Origin: an uncultured Ignavibacteria bacterium | GTDB lineage: Bacteria > Zixibacteria > MSB-5A5 > UM-FILTER-46-8 | Reading direction: 5' to 3' | DNA length: 64,000 nt | Assembly: GCA_964563085.1 (NCBI GenBank) | Contig: CAZLVS010000011.1 | Location: 8,328-72,327, forward strand | Shown: positions 10,153 to 19,050 of the stretch, piece by piece | Numbering within the stretch: the stretch's first letter is position 1 | How the letters are laid out: every line of letters begins with the position of its first letter | Translations under genes and position numbers: made by a program | The notes under the pieces: model-generated | The model's database searches: none | Seen by the model: only the letters and a program-made list of their open reading frames with translations | What the model was told of the DNA's origin: nothing

Positions 10153-10166
10153 TTGTTTTCCATACC

Positions 10167-11984
10167 TTATTTTTCATTTTCGTAATAAACTCCCCAGGCG
10201 CCCGGACCTGTATGGGATGCTATTACCGGACCTATATCAAATACTAATTCGGGCTTGACTGCGAACTCGGTCTGCAATCTATCAACTAAATCGGTTATAT
10301 CCGCATTGGACATACCGACGGCGAACCGTACCCTTTTATTATCCTCGATATCCGTCTTCAGCAGCGCAATGACCGTATCAACCAGTTTCTCTTTGCCGCG
10401 CGCTTTGGCAACCGGCACTATCTCGCCATCGACAATTTTTAATATCGGTTTAAAATTAAGCAATTCGCCGATAAATCCCCTGGCTTTACCTACCCTCCCG
10501 CCTTTGACCAGGAATTCAAATGTATCTATGGTAAAATAGATGCCGCTTCTGCTTTGTATCTCCGTCAAACGATGTAGAATCTCCTCCTTGCTCTTGCCTA
10601 CCCGAGCTAATCTCGCAGCCTCAATAACCATCATCCCCATACCCAGAGATGCGGTTTTGGAATCGAATACCGATACTCTATCGGGAGACGATAGATTCTT
10701 CCTTCCCTGCAACGCGGAATTGAAGGTACCGGATAATTTGGATGAAAGGTGTATTGAAACTATATCCGTGGTGAAATTACTCTCCAGAAGCCTCTCATAC
10801 TGCTGTTTGAACTCCTCCGAAGCCGGCTGGGATGTTTTCGGGAATATATTATTACTCGAGAGTTTTTCTAAGAAGGAATCCGCGGTCAGGTCCACGCCGT
10901 CAGCATACTCCTCCATTCCGAACAGAACTTTCAGGGGAACTACCGATATATCGTACTCATCGATAACGCTGGGCGACAAATCAGCGGTGGAATCAGTCAC
11001 GATTCGCACCGTTTTGGTCGAAACCGAAGACGACTGACCATGTTTTATCATAGTAATGCTGCGATGCTGTTCAAGCATATCGTCAACCTTGCGATGTGTT
11101 ATACTGCCAAAATCGCCCACAGCCGATTCGATCGCTTTATACTCATCTGTATGTATGTGTACTTTATGAAGATAACCGTTATCGTCCGTTTCGCTGGCGG
11201 CGACGATTAAGGAATTACCCATTTCTCTTAATTTCGCCTTTAGCATATTAGCTTTATCGCTATCGCTTACTAACATAAACTCGCAGCAGAAACGTTTGTC
11301 AGGCCTGGCATGACGCATTGACACTTCGGTCGATTGCGATTCATGGGATACGCTTTTGGGTATTGTTCCGCTTTTAATGTACCCGACCACTGCTTCCAAC
11401 ATATGCACGAATCCCTGACCTCCGGCATCGACGACATTAGCATCCATTAGAGATTCCAACTTGTACTTGGTCTCCGCCAATGAATTTTTTGCCTTCTCAA
11501 GGGACGATTCCATCAGCTCCAGCAGGTCATTGGTTTTGCCGGTCCATTTCTTAAAATGCTCGCCGGTTTCCCGGAAGATCGTGAGTATTGTACCCTCTCG
11601 CGGCGATTCGATAGCCTCGTATGCCGACTTGGTTCCCTCCTGAAATGCGATAGCGAGATCATCTGCATAGACTTTCTTCCGCCCCTTCAGAGCCGCCGCG
11701 AAACCTTTCAGATACTGAGACAGTATAACCCCCGAATTGCCACGGGCGCCGCGCAGGGACGAAGATGCCATGGTATCCGCTACGTCACTGAGGTCTACCC
11801 TGTCCATCTTTTCTACGGCAGAAGCTGTTGTACGAAGAGTAACTGCCATATTCGTGCCGGTATCACCATCGGCAACCGGGAAAACATTTATAGCGTTTAA
11901 ATCTTCAGACTTAGTGGATAACCAATTGCTGCAGGCAAGCAATACATTTCTGAGTCTCTTGCCATCGCAATAAGTGAGAGCCAT
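10167..11984 (-). CDS. DAK2 (DhaL) domain plus DegV/EDD-fold domain protein, YloV/FakA-like fatty-acid kinase homolog
   Basis: N-terminus 'FPVADGDTGTNMAVT' is DhaL-like. The C-terminal half 'IVTDSTADLSPSVIDEYDISVVPLKVLFG' is DegV-like. Confidence 0.75.
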   Translation of the reverse strand: MALTYCDGKRLRNVLLACSNWLSTKSEDLNAINVFPVADGDTGTNMAVTLRTTASAVEKMDRVDLSDVADTMASSSLRGARGNSGVILSQYLKGFAAALKGRKKVYADDLAIAFQEGTKSAYEAIESPREGTILTIFRETGEHFKKWTGKTNDLLELMESSLEKAKNSLAETKYKLESLMDANVVDAGGQGFVHMLEAVVGYIKSGTIPKSVSHESQSTEVSMRHARPDKRFCCEFMLVSDSDKANMLKAKLREMGNSLIVAASETDDNGYLHKVHIHTDEYKAIESAVGDFGSITHRKVDDMLEQHRSITMIKHGQSSSVSTKTVRIVTDSTADLSPSVIDEYDISVVPLKVLFGMEEYADGVDLTADSFLEKLSSNNIFPKTSQPASEEFKQQYERLLESNFTTDIVSIHLSSKLSGTFNSALQGRKNLSSPDRVSVFDSKTASLGMGMMVIEAARLARVGKSKEEILHRLTEIQSRSGIYFTIDTFEFLVKGGRVGKARGFIGELLNFKPILKIVDGEIVPVAKARGKEKLVDTVIALLKTDIEDNKRVRFAVGMSNADITDLVDRLQTEFAVKPELVFDIGPVIASHTGPGAWGVYYENEK

Positions 11985-11989
11985 TCGGT

Positions 11990-12454
11990 TTACTCCTCCT
12001 CTTCAGCGCTCCCCTTTTTAACCACCCATACCTTGAGATTTGCGATGAGGTCCTTTTCAATCTTGATGGGGACAGTATAAACGCCGAGGGCTTTTATCGG
12101 TTCCTCAAGAAGAACGTTGTGTCTGTCGATATCGAATCCCTTTTCCTTCAGCATATCGATAATGTTGTATGTGGTAACGGATCCGAAAACACGATCCTCT
12201 TCTCCCACCAGCACTTCGGCTGTGCAGGATGTCTTCTCGATGGCATCCCTGAGTTTTTCCGCTTCCTTCTTCTTTTTATTATCCCGGATGGTTTTCTGGT
12301 GATGGATTTCATCGATTGATTTTACATTGCTCTTGGTGGCAGGGATAGCCAGGTTGCGCGGAATAAGGAAATTCCTGGCGTAACCATCCTTTACAACCAC
12401 AATCTCTCCAACTTGTCCCAGAGTGTCTATATCGTCTTTTAGAATTACTTTCAT
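11990..12454 (-). CDS. rplI: 50S ribosomal protein L9
   Basis: 'MKVILKDDIDTLGQVGEIVVVKDGYARNFLIPRNLA' is a canonical L9 N-domain. Confidence 0.92.
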   Translation of the reverse strand: MKVILKDDIDTLGQVGEIVVVKDGYARNFLIPRNLAIPATKSNVKSIDEIHHQKTIRDNKKKKEAEKLRDAIEKTSCTAEVLVGEEDRVFGSVTTYNIIDMLKEKGFDIDRHNVLLEEPIKALGVYTVPIKIEKDLIANLKVWVVKKGSAEEEE

Positions 12455-12471
12455 TAACTACTCCTAAAACT

Positions 12472-13416
12472 TTAAACGGTAGTCGCCGAACCTCGGTTTC
12501 GGAAATTGAACCAACAATCAAAAAGCCCGACGCCAGCGAGTACAACTAACGAAAAAAGCTGCGCGAATAATATTCCTATGTAAAAAAGTATCTTAAAAAA
12601 TACGGGCATTTTTGCTTTCATAAAGAAATTTTCAACCACAGCCAATCCGACTACGAAATAAATTATACCGGTAAAAACCAATATGTTCCATCCTACAGCC
12701 CTGGTTCCCCCCATCCCGATTACAGAGATAAGTAGCCCGGCTATGAATAACCAAACCAGATTGTAATTGGGTTTCCAGCTCGTGAAATGCGGTATGGTTG
12801 GAACCTTGTAATCCCGTCTTCTCAGGATTTTGGAAGCAATCAGATAACCGACGAACGAATTAAACAACCCCGAGAGTAATATCAATGAGGGCATAATCAT
12901 AAACATAGTCTTCCCGTATGAATGCAATGTGTCCTGCATCGATTCCGTATCATCGAGAAATCCGGGAAGCGTTGTCATCTGCGCAATACCCTCATCAATC
13001 GCCATAACCAACGCCGCCTCCAATTCCGCTCTGTTTATCAGGAAAAAGAGCATTATCACCAATGCTGGCAGGAAACCTAATATGATAGCCTCCTCCGTGG
13101 TTCGTCCTGATTTAATAGCCCAACCGATCGCAATACCGGGTAATGTCACCGACAACAGCAGCGAGAACATGCCGGTCAGACCGCCGACAATCGAAGCGAC
13201 TATCAGCGTACCCGCAGCCAATACGATGGCCAGGTTTTTGCGTTCGGTAACGAATAAATAAGAGTAACAGGCAACTCCGAGTAAACCTAAGATGTAATTC
13301 ACTACGGGGATGCCGACCAATGCGGAGTTGACCGCTATTATCGCCGCCGCGTAGGAAGTGAGTTCCGGCTTTACCTGATGCCTGTTTACTCCGGCTTCCG
13401 TCGGTATTGAATTCAT
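12472..13416 (-). CDS. Polytopic membrane protein, YybS/DUF2232-like
   Basis: About 8 TM helices. It sits between rpsR and rplI, where yybS sits in Firmicutes. Confidence 0.55.
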   Translation of the reverse strand: MNSIPTEAGVNRHQVKPELTSYAAAIIAVNSALVGIPVVNYILGLLGVACYSYLFVTERKNLAIVLAAGTLIVASIVGGLTGMFSLLLSVTLPGIAIGWAIKSGRTTEEAIILGFLPALVIMLFFLINRAELEAALVMAIDEGIAQMTTLPGFLDDTESMQDTLHSYGKTMFMIMPSLILLSGLFNSFVGYLIASKILRRRDYKVPTIPHFTSWKPNYNLVWLFIAGLLISVIGMGGTRAVGWNILVFTGIIYFVVGLAVVENFFMKAKMPVFFKILFYIGILFAQLFSLVVLAGVGLFDCWFNFRNRGSATTV

Positions 13417-13419
13417 TCT

Positions 13420-13686
13420 CTAATCGAATACTTCCGGGGTATATGCAATCATCCCGAGATGTCTGGCTCGCTTGATCGCCTTTGTTAATTGCCTTTGATG
13501 CTTCGCACAATTTCCCGAGACGCGACGAGGAATTATCTTGCCGCGTTCATTCACGAATCGACGAAGCAACCTGTCTTCTTTATAATCGATAAATTCGGCT
13601 TTATTCTCACAGAATCGACAGATCTTTTTTCTCTGTCCTGTATAGCTGAGTTTGAGCCGCCTCGAATCGGTTCTTTGTATCCTCAT
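13420..13686 (-). CDS. rpsR: 30S ribosomal protein S18
   Basis: '[63 protein letters not shown]'. Confidence 0.92.
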   Translation of the reverse strand: MRIQRTDSRRLKLSYTGQRKKICRFCENKAEFIDYKEDRLLRRFVNERGKIIPRRVSGNCAKHQRQLTKAIKRARHLGMIAYTPEVFD

Positions 13687-13728
13687 TAGTCTCCTTCTTC
13701 AACTAACTCATTACATCTAATATGATAA

Positions 13729-14355
13729 CTATTCCGGCTTCTCCCCTGTTTCGTCATTTATCGAATCGGGCTCGGCTTCTTTTTTAAGATCTTCATCTTC
13801 AGAAGTTACCGCGGATGCCGTTTCCACCTCTTCGCTCTCTCTGTCAGGCTCCGCCTTTTCTTCGGTTTCCGAAGCGGAAGGAGTCACCTCCTCTGCAGGC
13901 GCATCCTCGGTTGCCGCCGCCTGCGGTTCTTCGGCGCTACCCGACGGTTCGGCTTTCGATTTTTCCTCTTCTGTCGGCGGAGAATACCCATCAGCGGATT
14001 TGCGCGAGGCAGCCCCCTTTACACTATCCTCCCTGCGCTCTCTTTCCAGCGCTCCTTCCATTCCGCCTACTTCTTCGCTAACCACGGTAAGATGACGAAG
14101 AACGTGTTCATCAAGTTGGAAATGACGATTCAGTGATCCGGGAAGCTCCCCTGTTCCTTCGAATTTAACATGGAAATAATTACCTTGATGCCGCTTTTTC
14201 AGTTCATAAGCAAAACGCTTTACGCCCCACTTTTCCACCTTTAGAATCTTGCCACCATTTTCGGTGATAATCTTCTCTAAGCTGCCGATTTCGCTATCGA
14301 TTAAGGCGGTGTCGACACCGATATCAAGAACAAACGTAGTTTCGTACTTTTTCAA
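13729..14355 (-). CDS. rpsF: 30S ribosomal protein S6 with a long (approximately 100 aa) acidic E/S/A/P-rich C-terminal tail
   Basis: N-terminal 100 aa 'MKKYETTFVLDIGVD...GNYFHVKFEGTG' is S6. The remainder is low-complexity acidic sequence. GGAGGTG RBS. Confidence 0.85.
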   Translation of the reverse strand: MKKYETTFVLDIGVDTALIDSEIGSLEKIITENGGKILKVEKWGVKRFAYELKKRHQGNYFHVKFEGTGELPGSLNRHFQLDEHVLRHLTVVSEEVGGMEGALERERREDSVKGAASRKSADGYSPPTEEEKSKAEPSGSAEEPQAAATEDAPAEEVTPSASETEEKAEPDRESEEVETASAVTSEDEDLKKEAEPDSINDETGEKPE

Positions 14356-14421
14356 CTTTCACCTCCTTTCGGTCTGTACGGCCTGCCATAACTCGCAGGC
14401 AAGGAGTAATTACTAACTATA

Positions 14422-15042
14422 TTAACTATTTATTATTTCGTCTTTTTTTGCGACGTTATAAGTACCTATCGCAGTATCAATTCCTCTATAGACTATTGAA
14501 TCAAGCAGTTCCACAGCTTTATCCAGCGATTTATTCAGTAATTCCGTCTCCCCTTCTCGAAAATCCTGTAATACAAAATCCTCCAGAAGGATACCCTCAT
14601 CGCTTGGACCAATCCCAATCCTGACCCGAGGAAAATTCTTACTTTCAATCTCTTCGAGCACCGACCCCAATCCTCGATGGCCGCCATCAGAACCGCTCTT
14701 TCGCACCCTGATCTTTCCCAAAGGTAAGTAAACGTCATCTGAAACGAGAAGTATCTCCTCTGGCAAAAGACTGCATTTTTTCTTAATTCGAGCTACAGCT
14801 AATCCGCTGTTATTCATAAAATTGAGCGGTTTTAGCAGCCTAATTTTCCTGCCCTTTAGCGAAATCTCGGCTAACTCGTAATCAGGATTAACCTGCTCTA
14901 TCTCAACGCCATGCTTGGCGGCAAATTTGTCGACAGCCATAAATCCGGCATTATGCCGGGTGAAACTGTATTTGTGTCCGGGATTACCTAATCCGGCAAC
15001 TAATTTTATATCCGGTTGTAAAAGAGCGTCATTCATATTCAT
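14422..15042 (-). CDS. pth: Peptidyl-tRNA hydrolase
   Basis: 'LVAGLGNPGHKYSFTRHNAGFMAVD'. Confidence 0.9.
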   Translation of the reverse strand: MNMNDALLQPDIKLVAGLGNPGHKYSFTRHNAGFMAVDKFAAKHGVEIEQVNPDYELAEISLKGRKIRLLKPLNFMNNSGLAVARIKKKCSLLPEEILLVSDDVYLPLGKIRVRKSGSDGGHRGLGSVLEEIESKNFPRVRIGIGPSDEGILLEDFVLQDFREGETELLNKSLDKAVELLDSIVYRGIDTAIGTYNVAKKDEIINS

Positions 15043-15289
15043 TCTACGATAAACTCTTATTATAGTTTTTGTAATGCAAAAGTCAAGTTAAATATGGATT
15101 GAAAATTATTTCGCAATACTGTGATTTGCATCTACATTTTTAAGTTATTTCCAATCATATTCGTAATCCGGCATATTGTTGTCATTAAAGAGATGATTTC
15201 TACCTTTGATAATATCACGGCGAGGAGGCGTGTTAAACCGAATCCTACGCAAATCTTTGGCGTAAGTCGGATTCTCCCGATAAATCGGG

Positions 15290-15410
15290 GAGCGAGAAAC
15301 CCGACATAGTGGTATTTTATGCGGCGTCAAACGTCCACTCCATAGGCCTGTGGACTCGTTTGAAGCCTTCGGACAGACGAGAACGTCTGACCGCGCCCAA
15401 GACCGCTGTC
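15290..15410 (+). repeat. Copy A of an approximately 100-150 nt tandem-hairpin intergenic element (core hairpins 15323..15393)
   Basis: It shares 'gagcgaGaaac..gacatagYggtatttt.tgcggcgtcaaacg...cgtttgaHgcc-ttcgg-acagac...gtctgaccgc' with the copies at 17885 and 57000. Hairpin 1 is ggcgtcaaacg/cgtttgaagcc with an inserted tccac/gtgga sub-stem. Hairpin 2 is cggacagac/gtctgaccg. Confidence 0.5.
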
Positions 15411-15658
15411 CTCCGTTTAATCGGGGACGGCAAGCGGATTGCTCCGCCGTTCAGCGCTCCAGCGCTGACGTAAGAAAATATATGGTTGGCGAACGTCCCC
15501 GCCAAAGGCGGGCAAGCTCGTTCATCAGCTTAAATCATAAACAAGGCATACGGGGACGTATGCCTTGCAAGATATTGTCACGACATGCATATCCCCGCTC
15601 TTAGCGGGACTAAACATGCCACTTTTACTTCTAACAACTAAAAACTAATAGCTAACAA

Positions 15659-17713
15659 TTATTTCAGAAGCGTCATACGCTTTCTGTACACCTGGTCGTT
15701 GACCGTAAGTTTATACAAATATATACCAGATGCATACTCGGAAGCATCCCAGTTGACCGAATGATATCCGGCGTTCTGCTTGGTGTCGATCAGGGTTTCC
15801 ACTTTCTGGCCTAATAGATTGTAAACATCCAAACTGACCTCAGAACTGGCTGTTAACGAATACGCTATCTCGGTGCTGGCGTTAAAGGGATTCGGATAAT
15901 TCTGCTGCAATGATACTTTGTAAGGAATCGCTCCATCTTCATCCACACTCGCCGCTCCTACGTACATATTAACCGGAATATATACATGCTTTGCATACGG
16001 ATCGTTGCAGTACACTTCGAGCATACCGCGATAGATTCCCGCGGGATGATCTCCGGCATCACACGTTACGCTCACATCCAGAAATCCTCCGAGCGGCACA
16101 ACTCCATCATCGATATCCGTTGATAGCCAATCGAATTCCCCGGGAGGGGTACCCAAAATAAATTTCACTGCCTTGCCGTCAGTAGTGAATGGCTCATGAT
16201 AAGCGACCTCGAGCCCGACCGTCCCGGCGGCATTTTCCATCCCCGTGGAAGCCAGGTCAAGAGGACCATTGGGATCCATAGATTCGTACTGAAGAACAAC
16301 CGTATTGGGTTTAACCAAAACGATCTGGAATGTATATTTGCCATCATGCAATCCATCCGGAATATCCACCCAGGAAATAACAGCCGAATCGGAATTATTG
16401 GTATAGAAATAGATATTCGCATTGGAGTCGGGATTCGGAACGAGGTTCGCCCAGAATGGCGCTATGATATTGTTGGGGTCAGCATCGTTCGGGAAGCGGC
16501 GCGCATAGCTGGAGGAGGAGGTGCTATCGGTAAAAGAAGCCCATCCATTCGAACATACGCAAATACTGTTATAGCTATTTCCATAATAATTGAAATCGAA
16601 ACCCAGCGGAAGATGACCGGAATTACCATAAGAGGGGTTCCCCGAAAACTCTATAATCTGCCCTTCCTGGGTGATATCGACCCAGTCATAAACAGGACCC
16701 CCGGTAGTGTCAGAATGCAGCCAATAATATCCGAATGAATCAACAATCGATGATGGCTCTAAATCGATAGCGAAATAGAGGGCGCGATCGCCGGTGTTGC
16801 CCAGCTGCAGAATATCGGTAGATTGTCCGCCTTCTTCAACATTAACCTCAATATTCTCCAGACTGTAAGTCAGAACCGGATAATTGCTGTTGTAAATCGG
16901 TCTCTGGGTAAACCGCCCCATTCCGCAGGAATAATAGGGTATGTAGAAGTAGCCAGAGTCCCCCCAACTCGCTCCCCAGCTATTTTTGCATATCCAGGCG
17001 CCATCGCCATCGCACATATTATCATCCCAGCCAACGATCACGATTGCATGGTTGGACGGTTCACTACCCGGGCCGTCATAGCAATCCCAATGAAAACCAT
17101 CGAAAACCGTAAATGTCGACGAAACAGGGCCATTAATCAATGAATTTTTGATAGATTCCACGTTGTTGGGAATACTCTCTGCATCGTCAAGGAAAACCAT
17201 GGTGACGCAACTGTCCTGGCCGCAATTCATATCTTGAGCTCTGTACGGATAACATTCTTCTTCAACCGCGCCGGTGTTGAAGAAAAGATTATAAGCATAA
17301 TGAGCCGAACCGCCATTGCAGCTTCCGCCGTATAAGTTACAGTCCACCACCTGCTGTTCGGATAAATCCCATTCCACCGAATCGGCAATGATAATCGCTG
17401 ATTCAAACGCCCCTACACCGGCAAACGCCCAGCAGGATCCGCAATCTCCCTGGTTTTTCACGGGAGTAACGCCGCCGTTTTCGCGCCAATCCCAACGTTC
17501 ATCGTCCAGCAGCAATGGCGGAGGTGGCTGCTTATCTAATTCCTGGAAAAGTTTAATTTCCTCTTCTGAAGGTTCAAAACCAAGGGCGCCGATTCTGTTC
17601 TTCGGATCCTGATTATCTCCCTCAGCCGCATTAAGATAGGTTACGGCGAAGAACAGCTGCAGCAAAAATGCAGCCCTCACTCCCAGAGTTACGCTTACCG
17701 CCAATTTTCTCAT
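15659..17713 (-). CDS. Secreted papain-family (C1) cysteine peptidase with a T9SS type-A C-terminal sorting domain
   Basis: Signal peptide. Active-site 'QGDCGSCWAFAGVGAFE'. C-terminal 'NYPNPFNASTEIAYSL...GIYLYKLTVNDQVYRKRMTLLK' is a Por/T9SS CTD. Confidence 0.8.
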   Translation of the reverse strand: MRKLAVSVTLGVRAAFLLQLFFAVTYLNAAEGDNQDPKNRIGALGFEPSEEEIKLFQELDKQPPPPLLLDDERWDWRENGGVTPVKNQGDCGSCWAFAGVGAFESAIIIADSVEWDLSEQQVVDCNLYGGSCNGGSAHYAYNLFFNTGAVEEECYPYRAQDMNCGQDSCVTMVFLDDAESIPNNVESIKNSLINGPVSSTFTVFDGFHWDCYDGPGSEPSNHAIVIVGWDDNMCDGDGAWICKNSWGASWGDSGYFYIPYYSCGMGRFTQRPIYNSNYPVLTYSLENIEVNVEEGGQSTDILQLGNTGDRALYFAIDLEPSSIVDSFGYYWLHSDTTGGPVYDWVDITQEGQIIEFSGNPSYGNSGHLPLGFDFNYYGNSYNSICVCSNGWASFTDSTSSSSYARRFPNDADPNNIIAPFWANLVPNPDSNANIYFYTNNSDSAVISWVDIPDGLHDGKYTFQIVLVKPNTVVLQYESMDPNGPLDLASTGMENAAGTVGLEVAYHEPFTTDGKAVKFILGTPPGEFDWLSTDIDDGVVPLGGFLDVSVTCDAGDHPAGIYRGMLEVYCNDPYAKHVYIPVNMYVGAASVDEDGAIPYKVSLQQNYPNPFNASTEIAYSLTASSEVSLDVYNLLGQKVETLIDTKQNAGYHSVNWDASEYASGIYLYKLTVNDQVYRKRMTLLK

Positions 17714-17884
17714 GTTTCCTCCGTTTTAGTTGCTATTTTAAAGACTACTATAACCCCATCCCTATAAGTTAAGATACAAAATTAACAATTTTCAAGCTTC
17801 ATCTAATTTCCCTAAGAAGGTATCTATTTACTATATAATACATAATCTCTCACATGCAAGTATAAAACGAAGCCGCTTAAAGTT

Positions 17885-17995
17885 GTTCTCGTGGCGTCAA
17901 ACGTCCTCGTTTGACGCCTTCGGTAAGACGAGTTTACGCGCTTCTGGCGCGGTAGTCTGACCGCACCTGAGAAGGATGCGTTAGTCCAGAGGGTT
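17885..17995 (+). repeat. Copy B of the tandem-hairpin intergenic element (core 17893..17963)
   Basis: Perfect 11-bp hairpin ggcgtcaaacg-tcct-cgtttgacgcc, then ttcgg, then the second hairpin cggtaagac...gtctgaccg with an inserted cgcgc/gcgcg sub-hairpin. Downstream 'gatgcgttagtcca..g.gttgacc' also matches copy C. Confidence 0.5.
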
Positions 17996-18231
17996 GACCG
18001 CCGGAGCATACAGCAGCTTAATTAGTTAAAAACCATAACTTGTCTTTGTAAAAATTCAGTCGACGATATTTGTAGAACCTGGCGGATTAAGCAACTCGAA
18101 TTATTCCGCAAATTTTCGGAACAAAAGGAACGATAATAAAATTTGTATTTGTTTTGAATCAAATAACGAGTTATCTAATCATACAAACAAATGGGGAAAT
18201 CTAATAACTGAGTTTCGAAAGGAGAATTATA

Positions 18232-18543
18232 GTGATTAATATATCGGATAAAGCAAGTAAAGAAATTCAGAAAGTTTTGCAGAGCGATAGAGCTAAAGGC
18301 AAACATCTTATTATCTTCGCTAACGGATTCGGATGAGGCGGACCCAGTATGGGAATGGCTCTGGATGAGTCCAAAGAAGGTATGAAGGAATTAGAGTCGA
18401 ATGGTATAACCGCATACATCGATCCTGTTCTGTATGAGCAGGTTAAGCCGGCTGGCGATATCAGGATTGAATATGTTGACGATCCTTTGCGGGGGAAAGG
18501 ATTTCAGATAAATATCGGCAACAGCGGCGGATGCAGCTGCTAA
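18232..18543 (+). CDS. HesB/IscA-like Fe-S assembly-type protein with an in-frame TGA (18334..18336) at the conserved first Cys; candidate selenoprotein
   Basis: GTG start with a GGAG RBS 7 nt upstream. The translation 'VINISDKASKEIQKVLQSDRAKGKHLIIFANGFG-U-GGPSMGMALDE...FQINIGNSGGCSC' aligns to the IscA/HesB pattern (..GLRLGV..GGCSG......NPNA..CGCG), with TGA exactly where the first conserved Cys lies. The ORF track only reports the post-TGA half (18349..18543). Confidence 0.6.
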
Positions 18544-19050
18544 TTTACTGCAAAGGGGGGCTTCTGCCATATTTACGGCAATATCGTAATCCATATTAAT
18601 ACTACAAATGGGGATTAAACCTCTTGACAACCGCATTTACTTATCTATTTTTACGCTCGGTCTTGAGGAGTAAAGGCGTCGGGTGAGGGTGAAACTGTCT
18701 CAAAACCTCAAAAAGATTACTTCGTCGTCCCGCATTTCGCCCCGATGAAATCCCGCATTCTGCGGGACGCAGTCGGGGCAATGACAGCAGTAGGAGTCAT
18801 TGCGAGCCCGAAGCTTGCTGAGGGCGCGGCAATCTCCTATTCTCACGCAATGCGTTAAATTAGGGATTTGAGATAGCTTCGAGGGCACCCGACGGCACGA
18901 TTCAATGGAGGGACGCGCTTCGTCGCGTCCATTGGTTACTTTTTTAAACGAAGGATTTATTCCCGTCTTGTATTCTATTCACAGAATAAAGAGAAAATCT
19001 CCAATCCCGAACTTATAGATATAATAACAAAAATAGAATGTACAGGAAAA

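Noticed and set aside
15121-15604. Small ORFs (62, 61, 62 and 84 aa) on both strands in the pth / C1-peptidase intergenic region
   Set aside because: They overlap the conserved hairpin repeat (copy A) and further GC-rich hairpins, and have no RBS. The region is better explained as a structured non-coding element.
16196-16738. 180-aa + strand ORF inside the C1 peptidase gene
   Set aside because: Antisense shadow ORF within a gene with clear catalytic and CTD motifs. Low-complexity translation.
18391-18888. 81-aa and 62-aa minus-strand ORFs near the selenoprotein gene
   Set aside because: The first is antisense to the HesB-like gene. The second lies in the hairpin-dense intergenic region, is Cys/Arg-rich from GC skew, and lacks an RBS.
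18544-19050. Search for tRNA-Sec (selC), tmRNA, SRP or RNase P RNA in the structured region after the selenoprotein gene
   Set aside because: There is no UCA anticodon stem-loop with a GGTTCGA T-arm, and no conserved tmRNA, SRP or RNase P motifs. The structure remains unassigned.
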